Origin: Cyanidioschyzon merolae
Taxonomy: Eukaryota
DNA length: 64,000 nt
Assembly: GCA_000091205.1 (NCBI GenBank)
Contig: AP006493.2
Strand: one strand, 5' to 3'
In this document: positions 20,016-31,030 of the stretch, piece after piece
Layout: each line of letters starts with the position of its first letter
Position numbering within the stretch: the first letter of the stretch is position 1
Notes under the pieces: generated by a model
Told to the model about the DNA's origin: nothing
What the model saw: only the letters and a program-made list of their open reading frames with translations
Database searches by the model: none
Program-made: the position numbers and the translations under genes

Positions 20016-22466
20016 ATGCAGTGCGTTTCCTGCAGCGCCAGAGTCCGAGTTACAACCCAGGCGTACCCAGCGAGGCTTTCAGCGTGGGTTGTTTCCGCGA
20101 AGGCACCAGCGCTAACGCATTCACGAGGCGAACGCCCAAACTGCTGTGCAGCGAACGTTGACCGCTGCAATGTGTCGCGAAGTGGCACGAAACCTTGCTC
20201 AGCAAGGCACATCTTTTCCGGGCAGTTTGCTCCTCGGCGGCGCTTGGCGCTACCTGGGACCTCGCGAGTGAACACTGGTCGTTGCACGGCGTTTACCTTG
20301 CGGAACCTGGTGAGCGAGAGTGGTGGCACTGCGTTTGCGCTGCGGGACGCACTTGAACTGCTTGCGGCGACGGTGTTGACGATTCCCGTGTTCAAGAAAC
20401 TCCGTTTGTCGCCCATACTAGGTTTCCTGCTTGCTGGTGTTATCTTGGGGCCGCACGGACTGCGCCTCGTCCGTGATGTGGAGGATATCACGGCGCTTGC
20501 TGACTTTGGTGTCCTATTCTTATTGTTTGAAATGGGCCTTGAACTGTCCTTGAAACGACTGCGCGTGCTGCGCAAGTACGTCTTCGGATTCGGAACCCTG
20601 CAAATGGCGATGACAACGGCAATACTCGGGCTCGGTGCATACTTGGTTGGTGGCGACGGTGTCAGTTGGCAAGAGGCGACCGTTATTGGCGGGGCGCTCT
20701 CGCTGTCGTCTTCCGCCTTCGTCCTGCGGCTTCTACAGGAGCGTGGAGAGCAGAACTCCCGAATTGGTTTGGCTACGTTCGGGGTGCTCCTTTTTCAGGA
20801 TCTTGCGGTGATTCCGCTCCTCGTGCTGCTGCCGTTGTTGTCTGATCTAGGCGAAGTCGCTGAAAGCATGGGCACTCCGAGTGGATTCTGGCACGAGTTG
20901 CAGCAGATATCGGAGCAACTCGGTTTGACTGTAATCAAGGCGATTGGCGGTCTCGCAGCGCTCGTTCTTGTGGGCGGGGCGGCGTTGCGCTTCATTTTCG
21001 ATCTCGTGAAGGAGTCCAAGTCTCCGGAAACTTTCACAGCGATGGTCTTGCTCACGGTACTGGGGACGGCTTGGGTGACAGACCACATGGGCTTGTCGAT
21101 GACGCTGGGAGCATTCATGTCAGGTGTGCTCCTCTCGGAGAGCGACTATCGAAACGAGATTTCTGTGGATGTAGAGCCGTTCCGCGGAATGCTCCTAGGC
21201 TTATTCTTTATCACGACCGGCATGTCTGCTGATCTGAATCTTTTCTGGCAGGAGCCGCTGCTTCTAACTGCGCTAATTGCAACACTGCTCGTGGCAAAGT
21301 CGTCGATCGCGACGCTCGTGGGGCGTCCTTTTCTCCCGACCTGGTCGGAGGCGGCACGAGTTGGTCTGCTTCTCGGACAGGGAGGTGAGTTCGCCTTTGT
21401 CGCGTTTGCATTGGCGAAACGTTTGGGATATCTGCCGGAACCCGTGAACGCACTTCTGATTGATGCGGTCGTAGCATCGATGGCCTTGACACCGGCTCTG
21501 GCAGAGGTTGGCGCCCGCCTCTTCCGTCCTTCGGGTTCGGCTGCAAACGCGCCAGAAAAGCCTGCCATGGAAGCAGACATTTCAGCTACCGCAAAAGGCG
21601 ACCACGCTCCGGAGACGGAGGAGCAGGCCGCCATGGCGCCTGTGCCCTCCGACAGCGACACCGCCGTCGTTGCTGCAAGTGCGGTACCGTCTGAGTCCAC
21701 ACAGACGCTGCCGGGAGATGTGGTCGACGCAAATACTATACCAGGACCCGAGGAACTGAAGGCGATCATCCCTGGTGATCATGCCCTCAACGATATGGTT
21801 GTCATTTGTGGCTATGGCTTGGCCGGACGGATTGTCAGCTGTATGCTGGCAAAGAAAATTATACCCTACATCGCCTTTGATCGTGATGCACTCGTCGTGA
21901 GGCGCGCCGTAGAGCTCAGCGTTCCCTGTGTCTGTGCAGACGTTCGAAATGTAGATGCGCTGCGGGCAATGGGGATTGTAGCGCCTGCCGCTTTCGTGAT
22001 CACCTTCCATGGGAGTCACTTTATGGACACCAAGGATTTTCGTGAAACAATTGAAACGATTCGAAATGCTTTTCGTGAGATTCCGATTTTTGCCCGGGCA
22101 CGCAATCTCGAAGAGCGACGCTACCTCGAAAGCATTGGGGTGCACGCATCCTTTCCGGAGAGTTTCGAGACGAGCCTCTTTCTCGGCCGCGAAGTGCTCA
22201 AATCGTTCACTCGTCGCGAGGCTGAAGTCGAAGCCATTGTCACTGAGATACGACGCAACGAGCAGCTTCGGGAGGAGTTTCAGCAATGGGAAATCTGGCA
22301 CAACGCCGCACTGAGCCGCCGTTCTGCTGAGGCGGCCATCGCGAGCTGGCCAACTGCTGCTCCCGAATCGCCGACTCTGGACCACAACGGGACATCTAAT
22401 GGAACCGTAACGGATCCGAGTTCACGAGAAGCTCAAACCGCAGAGGAAGCTCGGCACAGTCGCTGA
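20016..22466 (+). CDS. KEA: K+ efflux antiporter of the CPA2 family with C-terminal RCK/KTN (TrkA-N) domain (KEA/KefB-like). First ~100 aa look like an organellar presequence.
   Basis: CPA2 transmembrane core (LAGVILGPHGL, FLLFEMGLELS, FGVLLFQDLAVIPLLVLLPLL, GLSMTLGAFMSGVLLSESDYR, FFITTGM). KTN domain (VVICGYGLAGRIV...IAFDRD). N-terminus is Ser/Arg/Ala-rich with no acidic residues before the first helix. Confidence 0.85.
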   Translation: MQCVSCSARVRVTTQAYPARLSAWVVSAKAPALTHSRGERPNCCAANVDRCNVSRSGTKPCSARHIFSGQFAPRRRLALPGTSRVNTGRCTAFTLRNLVSESGGTAFALRDALELLAATVLTIPVFKKLRLSPILGFLLAGVILGPHGLRLVRDVEDITALADFGVLFLLFEMGLELSLKRLRVLRKYVFGFGTLQMAMTTAILGLGAYLVGGDGVSWQEATVIGGALSLSSSAFVLRLLQERGEQNSRIGLATFGVLLFQDLAVIPLLVLLPLLSDLGEVAESMGTPSGFWHELQQISEQLGLTVIKAIGGLAALVLVGGAALRFIFDLVKESKSPETFTAMVLLTVLGTAWVTDHMGLSMTLGAFMSGVLLSESDYRNEISVDVEPFRGMLLGLFFITTGMSADLNLFWQEPLLLTALIATLLVAKSSIATLVGRPFLPTWSEAARVGLLLGQGGEFAFVAFALAKRLGYLPEPVNALLIDAVVASMALTPALAEVGARLFRPSGSAANAPEKPAMEADISATAKGDHAPETEEQAAMAPVPSDSDTAVVAASAVPSESTQTLPGDVVDANTIPGPEELKAIIPGDHALNDMVVICGYGLAGRIVSCMLAKKIIPYIAFDRDALVVRRAVELSVPCVCADVRNVDALRAMGIVAPAAFVITFHGSHFMDTKDFRETIETIRNAFREIPIFARARNLEERRYLESIGVHASFPESFETSLFLGREVLKSFTRREAEVEAIVTEIRRNEQLREEFQQWEIWHNAALSRRSAEAAIASWPTAAPESPTLDHNGTSNGTVTDPSSREAQTAEEARHSR

Positions 22467-23309
22467 TGCAACGCTCCTAGGCGATGTGGCAGCGGACTCG
22501 CGCCACCGCCAAGGCAGTCTGGAGTATACGCTGTGCCAGTGCCGAACTCATTGCGATGTGCAAAAGCCGTCACATCGCGTAAGGACTCGCTAACTTGTAC
22601 TGCTACGCGATCGAGTAAGCAGCCAGAATAGCACCGCACGCATGTTCCCGCTGGTGACGGAGCAGATGTCGTGCGGAATATATGCAACAGTGCGGTACAG
22701 TCGGCGTGCGAACGGCGAACTTGGGCGCACGACTGCTCCAGAATGGGAACCGAACGTGTCGCCCGCAGGGCCGCGGCGGAGTCGGAGCGGAGTCCTCAGA
22801 CAGAGCGACAGGCGTGCCCGTGAGGCAGCCAAGCGCATAGACTTTGCTGATTTGCGAAACGCAGAACATTACCATACCGTATCGAGATTGAATACGCACT
22901 TGTTTCCGATGCTCACGAGATGAGCTCACATGATCATTTGCGTATAGCCTACTGATCGAGGTCAGAGAGATCGTGCTTCAGGGTCTCGGGGCATGGATCG
23001 TTTTTGAAAACGACGCAAACGGTCGGCTCTTGATCTCTGTCTTTTCTAACCTAATATCGCAACGCGAAATAGTCTTGAACTTCTGGAGAGCACACTGCCT
23101 CTACCAATGCACGGGGAGCATCAAGCGATGCACCCGATCTGCCAGAGGCGCGCTACTCGACTCAGGTCGTGTGCGCGAGTTCCTCATACTTTCCAGGGAT
23201 GCGACGTCTACCAGACACGCGCTGTTCAATAGAAATCCTGCCGGTATGCCGTGCAAGCTGTTCGTGACGCTCACACTCCGGCACAGATGTGTGAAAGTTG
23301 CCGCTGCGC

Positions 23310-24149
23310 TCACAAATCGGAGACGACGCGCGTTACTTGAACGTATTTGCGCAGCTCTTGTGCAAGGACAGCTGTCGTGCCACGCGCGAACACGTGCCCT
23401 GTAGGTTTTCGGTAAACACGAACGTTTTCCTTCGCATAGCCCCGCAGGTAATCGACTGCCCTGCCACCGTTCTTCACGACACACAGGTCAACATTAGAAC
23501 CGGAGCCCAGGTCGTTCTCGATTCCCGCCGAGATCGCTTCGTATACAAGACATTTTGCCTCTTCTTCAGTGAGCGCTTCATGCCAACGCGCTTCAAACAC
23601 AGCCATTGCCGCTAGCGAGCCACTACCCATTGATACATAGGGCAACTGGTCAACGCTTCCGTGCGGGTATACCGTGTACAGCGAAGGGCCATTCAGCTCG
23701 TCAACTCCACCTAGAACAAGCGCCGCGGATATGTATCCTTGGTAGCGAAATAAGTAGTGTTTTAATCTCGTCATTGCAGCGGCCACCGGAACCAAGTCGC
23801 GATCGACGGCCTGCCGGTGCAGCTCCATTTGGCTCGCGATCAACTGCGTCGTGGCTTCCGTGTCCGCAGCCGTTCCAGCTCCACAGCAGTAAATATTTGA
23901 TGCTATGTAGTGAATCTTGCTGCAGTTTTTATCAGCCACAACGTTTCCTTCCGTCGCGCGCGTGTCTGCTCCGAGCACGACACCGCCAGCGAAGAGTACG
24001 CCAGCAATGGTCGTCCCGGTTTTGCGTGGCGGCTTTGCCAGGACGTTTTCGATCCTCTCCTTGGATTCGTTAGACCAGCGTCTTAAAAGCTGCTGGTTGC
24101 GCAGAAACAAGTCAAAACTAAATCCCTGGAAGTCCTGCTCGAGAAGCAT
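23310..24149 (-). CDS. PSMB7: 20S proteasome subunit beta-2 (trypsin-like; PSMB7/PUP1) with propeptide
   Basis: Propeptide ending ..KTG followed by the active-site Thr in [23 protein letters not shown]. Also [69 protein letters not shown]. 279 aa, full-length collinear. Confidence 0.9.
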   Translation of the reverse strand: MLLEQDFQGFSFDLFLRNQQLLRRWSNESKERIENVLAKPPRKTGTTIAGVLFAGGVVLGADTRATEGNVVADKNCSKIHYIASNIYCCGAGTAADTEATTQLIASQMELHRQAVDRDLVPVAAAMTRLKHYLFRYQGYISAALVLGGVDELNGPSLYTVYPHGSVDQLPYVSMGSGSLAAMAVFEARWHEALTEEEAKCLVYEAISAGIENDLGSGSNVDLCVVKNGGRAVDYLRGYAKENVRVYRKPTGHVFARGTTAVLAQELRKYVQVTRVVSDL

Positions 24150-24522
24150 GTTTAGCAGGCAAAGAGAAACGGGTCAAGAACTGCGCTGAGGCGCACTCCT
24201 AACGCGGATGTGTGCGTTTGCAGGACGCTGCACGGATGCGTAGATTCAGCTGGAGCTTTTCGGGTCGCTCTGTTTCAACCCGTCCCAAATATGCATCATT
24301 GGGTCATGATTTCCGTCTGAGGATGCCCTGGATGCGATAGGAACGAATCAGTATAAATTATTCCTAAATGGTATCTTACTGCCATCTGTGCATTGCACGC
24401 GAACAGAGACCTCTGCGCTGCAGGCACAGGCGACTGTCGCCGTTTTGCGATCGCCTCCGACCGAGGCCAGGAATTTAGGCGCCCTCAGCGCGATCCGAGC
24501 GCATTCGCCGAATAGCGCATTA

Positions 24523-24547
24523 GATGGATGGATGGATGGATGGATGG
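24523..24547. repeat. (GATG)6 tetranucleotide microsatellite
   Basis: gatggatggatggatggatggatgg. Confidence 0.9.
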
Positions 24548-25103
24548 TGAGCGGGTCCACCTCGGCAGTGGGCTTGCGAAGGGCACGATGCATCCGAGTG
24601 ATCGTCTTGCCAGACTTGTTTTTTATACGGTGAGCGCTGGAACACTTGCATCCACGGTGCTGCTCACACCTCTAGTCCAGCACCGTCGACGCCGACGCAA
24701 GGCGCGCGAAGCAGAGCGCCTCGAGCGTTGACTTTGCTATTCGTGGTGGGGAGGCGTAGCCTCGGGGGACGCAAAGCGCACACCTGAAACGCTTCTGCAA
24801 GTAAATGGTTCCAGCGCAGTGTCAAGTTGCACGACACCGGAACGCAGCTGTGGCAGGAGCAGGTCGCGGTAGCGTTGTCCGAGGTACGGGCACGGCTTGT
24901 CGCTTGAACTACCCCAGTGAATGAGATTGTGAGAGCCCGCTGCGCACGCACCGGTAAAACGGTTGCGCTCCACTACTAAAGCGGGAAACAGTTAGGTGCA
25001 AGATCGACGCAAAATTACGCTTCACGTTTAGGACTGGAGGAGCTGCGTCAGCTGCTCTGCTCCGCCGGCCTGCCACACAACGGATGCTGGTCGTGTAATC
25101 GGT

Positions 25104-26348
25104 TTAGGCCGTTTTCTGTGCTTTGCGAACGGCGTTATCAACGGCGCGCTCATTCATTTCCTCTTCGCCGCAGGATACAGTGTACACCCAGAGATCTCCG
25201 ACTTGCCGAACTGCGACGCAGTTGCATCCTATGCGCCAGATCGCCTGGAGAATTGGTGTAGGATCATACAGATAATGTTCGGGAAAAGCCTTCTTGAGAG
25301 CCTCTGTGGCTTTCTTACCATGGTAATGGGGTATTCTCGAGCATACGTGATGCACCACGTGCGTAGTCCCGATGTGATGGTGCAAAAAGTCGATGAGCTT
25401 TGGATACGGCCGGTCGACAGTCAGCAGCGCGCCCTTGTTCCAGCTCCAGTGCTGCGAGTCATAGTGCGGAATATCCACGTCCGTGTGCTGAAGCCATGTA
25501 TATAGTACAAGCCACATGTTTGTGACCAAATATGGCAAGCCGTACACAACGCAAACGCGCACCGGCCCGTCGTATTGGGCCCAGCTATAGAGTAGCCCTA
25601 GCGTCGCCAGTACCCCCAGATCTGAGGCTAGCACTCTGAGCTTCCATCGCCAACCGGGATACAGCGATACTGGTCTCGGCAAGGTCTCGTTCACAGATTG
25701 CAGCTCACCTTGTCCAAACGAGAACGGTATAAAGTGATTGGTCAGGCCACGAACTGGCCCGCCCGTGGCACCGTACAAAAGATATGCTGGCCAACCCAGG
25801 ACCAAATGCATGAAAACGTTGAGGGCTCCAAAAGCATCATCTCCAATCCAGTGCATGATGCGTAGATTTGTCTTCCCTGAAACACTATTTGCGGTATGCG
25901 GAACGTGCGTCTCGCCCTCATCCAAATGGTTTGTACGGGCATGATGCACTGCATGAGAGCGTTGCCAACTGAAGTAAGGCACCAACAAGCTTGAATGGAG
26001 CACAAATCCGATCAGATCCTGCAGCCATGCCGCCGAGCAGAATGCACCGTGCCCACACTCGTGTGCGATGACCCAGACGCCGGTGGCGATCGTTCCGGTT
26101 ACCGCAGCGTATAGCGCCCAGAGCACGAGCATGCCAACTTTGGCCAGCGACGCCCAGCCCGCCATACGCGACACTACGCCGACCTGGAGGTTCCATAGAT
26201 ACGTGTATCCAAACCAGCCACAGGCAAGCGTCAGCAACACAGACATGGCCGCGTATGCCGACGAGCGCACGAAGGAGCGTTCGTAGCACTCGTCCGGAAT
26301 GGCGGCCAGCAGCGCCTTGACCGAAGGAAACTCCCGATTCGTAATCAT
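25104..26348 (-). CDS. FAD2: Delta-12 (omega-6) fatty-acid desaturase, FAD2-like membrane desaturase
   Basis: Three His boxes (HECGHGAF; HHARTNHLDE; HVVHHVCSRIPHYH), four hydrophobic spans and a FAD2-like N-terminal motif (AIPDECYERSFVRSS). Start placed at Met159 of the longer ORF (ATG at 26346-26348, MITNREFP..), giving a typical 415-aa protein. The ORF is open upstream to 26822. Confidence 0.85.
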   Translation of the reverse strand: MITNREFPSVKALLAAIPDECYERSFVRSSAYAAMSVLLTLACGWFGYTYLWNLQVGVVSRMAGWASLAKVGMLVLWALYAAVTGTIATGVWVIAHECGHGAFCSAAWLQDLIGFVLHSSLLVPYFSWQRSHAVHHARTNHLDEGETHVPHTANSVSGKTNLRIMHWIGDDAFGALNVFMHLVLGWPAYLLYGATGGPVRGLTNHFIPFSFGQGELQSVNETLPRPVSLYPGWRWKLRVLASDLGVLATLGLLYSWAQYDGPVRVCVVYGLPYLVTNMWLVLYTWLQHTDVDIPHYDSQHWSWNKGALLTVDRPYPKLIDFLHHHIGTTHVVHHVCSRIPHYHGKKATEALKKAFPEHYLYDPTPILQAIWRIGCNCVAVRQVGDLWVYTVSCGEEEMNERAVDNAVRKAQKTA

Positions 26349-27262
26349 CGCCTGATGACCAGTCCCTCCAAGAACAGATACGTCCGTCAGCACCTTGTCA
26401 CAAGCCTGGGCGTCAGAACGGGCCTGGTCCGACGCGCACATCGTACCGCACGCAGTGCTGGCGTGCGGGCAAGCGTCAGCCACACCGCCAGTCCGCCCTG
26501 AGCATCCAACGGAAAAACACCGTTTTGCCTCTGGTGTACCTTGTTTTACAGTATCATTCGACTTTTCGCCTCTGATTCGACTTTCATATATGCTTGTATT
26601 CATAGATGGCGCCGCTGTGTTTCCAAACAACTCCAACTTTACAGTGTGAAAATACGAAAAGCTTCTAGGGCGAAGAGCGCGCTCGACGGCTGAACGTATC
26701 GATCGATCGACCGGATCCGTGGCGAGGATGCCGCGGCCGCTCAGGGCGCCGCATCGCCGCAGAAAGCACGACGAGATGAGCGCGCGCGCGCTCCGGCGGA
26801 TCATCACGCCGTACCGCGACACGACGCTCGAACGAATGCGTACGCTGCGGCTTGCGCACGCGGTAGCATTCTAGGCGGGCAGCAGCGGGATCTCTGCCGC
26901 GTGCGAAGGGCAATCGCAGCGCGATGTGGTGCGCTCGATGATGCTGGGGCGTGCTGTCGATATCCTCCCATCAGATACAGAAAGGTATGATATTAGATGC
27001 GGCCTGTTCGGTGAACCGCTCGGACGACGCGCGCACGCCCGCTGCGTCATCGATGCGTCGGTGTGCGGGAGCGGCGCGCGTTGCTTGCATTCCTCGACGC
27101 TAGGCACCGTGTGCAAGTGCCCGAAGAAAGCCGTCGTTGTCGACTGGTGGCTTGTTAGAGCGGAGCGTCGCAGCTCGTGCGTCTGCAGCGACTCTCGTTG
27201 TTACTGGGACGACCTTGGGAAGCGACATGGTTTGCGGGTTCCCAAACTAGGGTTCTATTCGT
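26349..27262. promoter_or_regulatory. Divergent promoter region between the desaturase (-) and the TPR-like ORF (+)
   Basis: Head-to-head gene arrangement. GC-rich, with a CGAT microsatellite at about 26.69 kb. Inference only. Confidence 0.3.
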
Positions 27263-28318
27263 TTGCAGATTCAATCTTCGTTCAGGATGACGAACATTTG
27301 TTTCATAGACCAGGGGCTGCTGCTTCGGAAACGAGGATTTTCCTGTCGTCGCTGTAGCGTCTGCTGCGACACACAGCGTCGTGCTCGCTTGGGCGCGTTG
27401 CCGCGCAGAGCTGGTGCCTCTCGGCTCGTGAATAGCAGCATACAGGTAACTGCTGAGTACGCCCAAGCGTTAGCTCAAGCGAATGAGCTCTTCAATCTGT
27501 ACAATGCGGACGTACCGTGGCCATGGTTCATACGCGGCGTCGTCCACTTGCAGCATAATCGCGCGGCGCTAGCGGTAGCTGATCTTGAGCGAGCGCTTCT
27601 CATGGGTTTTCGGGGTTCCGAGGTGCGTATTTTCGCAGCGGCCGCGCTATTCCGTGCCGGCAAGGTTTCAGACGCCGTTACATACTATCTAGAAGTCATG
27701 CGAAATGAGATCGGGAGTGTAGGGAACCCATTGGCCGAGCCGAATGAGCTGCGAAAGCTCATAGGTCCCTATATTCCGCTGTGGAAACCACCGGGAAAGC
27801 TCTTTCAGCAGGCAGTGTGTTTCTATTGCGCCCGCAGGTTTGAGGACGCGTTCCAGGCCCTGGATAAAGTTGTTGCGCTCGGTCGGGACTACATCTACGC
27901 TGGCAACGAAGACACTGGAGATCCCCTGACCTGGGAGCACGTTTTGTGGCGGATAGCATCGTACCGTCGGCTCAAGGGACAAACGCCAATACTATCACAG
28001 AGCGAGCTCGCGGCCGTTCCAACAAGTGATATACCTCTGTCTCTGATCGACTTGTACAGGACGAATGACGTTGCGGTTGAGGAAGCGCTCTGCCAGCACG
28101 AAAGCGAAATAGCGACATTGAGCGACCAGATTCGCTTCCAGTTCTATCGTGGTCTCTTCTGGCAGCATCGCACCGATTCTCAGTTGCATCAGCGAGCGCT
28201 TCGCCATTTCGAGCAGGTCGCGAAACAGATACCTGACGAAAACACCCTGGATTCTCTCGATGATTCGGCGGCTTTTCTGGTGGATGTCACCCGCATCATG
28301 CTCCATCGAACGTTGTAA
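27263..28318 (+). CDS. Hypothetical alpha-helical, TPR-like protein
   Basis: 351-aa ORF with amphipathic helical repeats (..AVADLERALLMGFRGSEVRIFAAAALFRAGKVSDAVTYYLEV..). No catalytic motif. The true start may be internal. Confidence 0.4.
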   Translation: MQIQSSFRMTNICFIDQGLLLRKRGFSCRRCSVCCDTQRRARLGALPRRAGASRLVNSSIQVTAEYAQALAQANELFNLYNADVPWPWFIRGVVHLQHNRAALAVADLERALLMGFRGSEVRIFAAAALFRAGKVSDAVTYYLEVMRNEIGSVGNPLAEPNELRKLIGPYIPLWKPPGKLFQQAVCFYCARRFEDAFQALDKVVALGRDYIYAGNEDTGDPLTWEHVLWRIASYRRLKGQTPILSQSELAAVPTSDIPLSLIDLYRTNDVAVEEALCQHESEIATLSDQIRFQFYRGLFWQHRTDSQLHQRALRHFEQVAKQIPDENTLDSLDDSAAFLVDVTRIMLHRTL

Positions 28319-28867
28319 TTAGACGTGGGCCATCATCATCCGATATATTTGCGTACAGCAGCGCTTTATATGTGAGAGAATGTTTTGTTGCGCTTCCGCT
28401 GCGCGTCGTATGGGCAACGCAAGATTCTGGCCAACAGAGTTGCCAGCAAACCTTGCAATAACCTCTAGACCGCCAGTGCCGATTCCCCTGTTGTCCGAGG
28501 AACAAAAACAGGCGGACAACTGGTGACCCTCAAAGCGTATGAACGAGCCCAGGGATGCGCCTCGAGATACAGTGAATAAGCGCGTACCACGTTTTTAAAT
28601 GCCGCTCTCCGGAACTGATCGAGGATCGATATGACCAGGAAAGAACGATGCACACACGTCTTCATGTATCTGGGCTGCAGTGTCGTGCGCGGTATTCTAC
28701 GCTCCTCTTCGAGGCCATACGCGCGATAATACCCCCAGTGCATGAATGCGTCTTCTGCGTCGTACGTGCCACGTCTTGGATGATGGCTCGTGCGATTCAG
28801 CAATGCCCTGTGAGACGCGCATGCACGCATGCATGCAGTCGTGCATGTACCAGGGGCTTAGTGAGCC

Positions 28868-31030
28868 TCACGGTGCTTGCTCGCATCCAGTGAGCTCAGC
28901 TTGTCGCGAGACAAGGTCGAAACATAGCTGCTCGATCGCAGCGCAGCTCCAGCCGTCTGTCTGGGCAACTAGTTCATCCAAAGCAACGGAACCAGGAAGC
29001 AAAGCCGTCTCTGATGCTTGTTGGTCAAACGTGGTTCGCATGGGCGTCTCAGTTGGCGCCCGGGTGAGGTAGAGTTCAAGGATCGCTCGCCGATCGACTG
29101 CGCTGGGCAACGGTACCTCGAGCTGCAGGTCAAAGCGTCCCGGGCGCAGTAGCGCCGCATCGACGCGATCGATACGATTGGTAGCTCCAGTCAACACTAC
29201 ATGCGCATCTGTTTCGTTCATAGCATCTATTTCGGTGAGGAGCGTCCCCAAGAGACGATTGGCGACATCAGATGCCCCTGCCGACGTGTCTGCATTTCGG
29301 ATTCCTATAAGGTTGTCGATTTCGTCGAGAAAAACGAGCGCGGGACTCGAGCTGCGTGCGATCGAGAAAATTTCACGTAGCGTTCGCTCGGATTCTCCCA
29401 GATACGCGGAATAAAGATCGGCGCTGCTAACATGAATGAAGGTGAACGGAGCTCCTTGTCGCCAGAGCGTCTCCACTGCAGCCCGAACGAGACGCGTTTT
29501 CCCGCATCCTGGTGGGCCGTAGAGCAGCACTGCACGAGCAGGTCGCACTCCCAGTCGCACACAGGTACTGCGGTACAGGAGAGGCCAGGCCAACGCGCGG
29601 AACAGCGCTTCTTTTGTGGCGTGGTGTCCACCGAGGGCATCGAATCCACGAAACTGATGTCGCAAACTTGACGCATTAGTTCCGTCCACGAGAACATCCA
29701 GGCATTTTGGGTGCTCAATTCGATACGTCTGGTGCGCTCGCGCGGCAACGCCACCGGCTCTCTGAAAAGAAAATCCACAACTGGCGAGGCGAACGTAATC
29801 ACTGGCCACGTAGCCGGGCGTTTGTGCCGCCAGAGACGCCGGGTCCGGTGCTCCAAGCGCTCGCATCAGCGCGATCCGCTCCTCGAATGTAGGTACCGTG
29901 GCGTGAATGAGTCCTTCGAAGCGACCCCCTCGTCGCAAAGAGACCGGCATGTCGCCGAGCCTTCTCACAGTCGCCACACAAACGACTCGCGAACGCCCAG
30001 CCGACAGTCGATGCTCGATCGTATCAAACCAGTTCACAAGTAGAAGCGGAAGCGCGTCCGTTGCTTCAGAAGCGTTTCTCGCGGCGAAAGGCGCTCGCTC
30101 ACCACACACTCGATCAATATCTTCGAAGAGAATGATGGTGTTTTTGCAAGGGCGTTCTTCGCAGGACGCTCTACTCAGTCGCCAAAATATCTCAGCGGTT
30201 AGCGCCTCTAGATTTGAGCGAAGCGTCCCCAGGTCGCGCCCCTTTTCTCGGAGCCTGAAAGTAATGTGCTCCGCTTCCAAGTCCTGCGATGCTTGCCTGA
30301 CGGCGTACGTCTTGCCGACCCCGGCAGGGCCTGCCAAAATACACCCATGAATGACGCCGCCGCCATATGCTCGAGGCAGGCACCAGAGCGTCTTGATGTA
30401 ATCAATGAGCTTCTTCGCAAAACGGAAGTAAACTTGAGTATCGGGGGTCGCGTCCCCGATAGCGCGCACGAGCGTATGTTCAACTCGTTTGGGCGTTCGG
30501 TGGATTTGGGTTGCGAGCGTAATCCAATTTCCTCCGTGGACTCGAAGGACTCGCCAACGTTGGTGAATCACTGCACCGGCAACGACAGGCAAATAGAGCA
30601 GAAGCGCTCGCAGTGAGGCGGAATCTTCGCACTGTGGTGGACCAAGCGATGCATCTGCCTCGGGGAACAACAACTCCTCGAGCCAGAGCTCAGATGCAGG
30701 AGCCCGGGGACCAATGACCTGCACGCATGCTCGGTTCTGCTCTGGAGGGGCTCCTTTGTCTGCAACTGCGTCAAACGCAGCAGCTGGTGCTGCAATACGC
30801 ACTGCGTTGACGTCGTGCAGCTCTGAACGCACCAGGTGCGGCGGGTTCTCATCGCACACGAGCGGAGCGTCCACCACCTCCCGAGCACTGCTTGGCCAGA
30901 GCGTACAAAGCGCAGACCCGTAGAGCGTGACGACTGAGCCTACGGTGACATCTTTTGGCCACTCGCTAAGCGATAAAAATGCTTTCCCGGAACTCGTGGT
31001 TCTCCCGTTGCAGCTTGTCATTCCAAACAC
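28868..31030 (-). CDS. Type II tandem AAA+ ATPase (two ATPase domains; PEX1/PEX6, AFG2/SPATA5 or NVL-like)
   Basis: D1 Walker A (GPAGVGKT) and Walker B (ILFEDID). D2 Walker A (GPPGCGKT), Walker B (VFLDEID) and SRH (ATNRIDRVDAALLRPGRFD). About 230-aa N-domain. 720 aa total. Confidence 0.8.
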   Translation of the reverse strand: MFGMTSCNGRTTSSGKAFLSLSEWPKDVTVGSVVTLYGSALCTLWPSSAREVVDAPLVCDENPPHLVRSELHDVNAVRIAAPAAAFDAVADKGAPPEQNRACVQVIGPRAPASELWLEELLFPEADASLGPPQCEDSASLRALLLYLPVVAGAVIHQRWRVLRVHGGNWITLATQIHRTPKRVEHTLVRAIGDATPDTQVYFRFAKKLIDYIKTLWCLPRAYGGGVIHGCILAGPAGVGKTYAVRQASQDLEAEHITFRLREKGRDLGTLRSNLEALTAEIFWRLSRASCEERPCKNTIILFEDIDRVCGERAPFAARNASEATDALPLLLVNWFDTIEHRLSAGRSRVVCVATVRRLGDMPVSLRRGGRFEGLIHATVPTFEERIALMRALGAPDPASLAAQTPGYVASDYVRLASCGFSFQRAGGVAARAHQTYRIEHPKCLDVLVDGTNASSLRHQFRGFDALGGHHATKEALFRALAWPLLYRSTCVRLGVRPARAVLLYGPPGCGKTRLVRAAVETLWRQGAPFTFIHVSSADLYSAYLGESERTLREIFSIARSSSPALVFLDEIDNLIGIRNADTSAGASDVANRLLGTLLTEIDAMNETDAHVVLTGATNRIDRVDAALLRPGRFDLQLEVPLPSAVDRRAILELYLTRAPTETPMRTTFDQQASETALLPGSVALDELVAQTDGWSCAAIEQLCFDLVSRQAELTGCEQAP

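Noticed and set aside
19958-22385. Long minus-strand ORFs (19958-20575, 21146-21769, 21582-22385; 205-267 aa) overlapping the KEA antiporter gene
   Set aside because: They are antisense to a strongly homology-supported CDS. Their composition is Arg/Ser/Ala-rich low complexity with no motifs. This is typical of GC-rich antisense frames.
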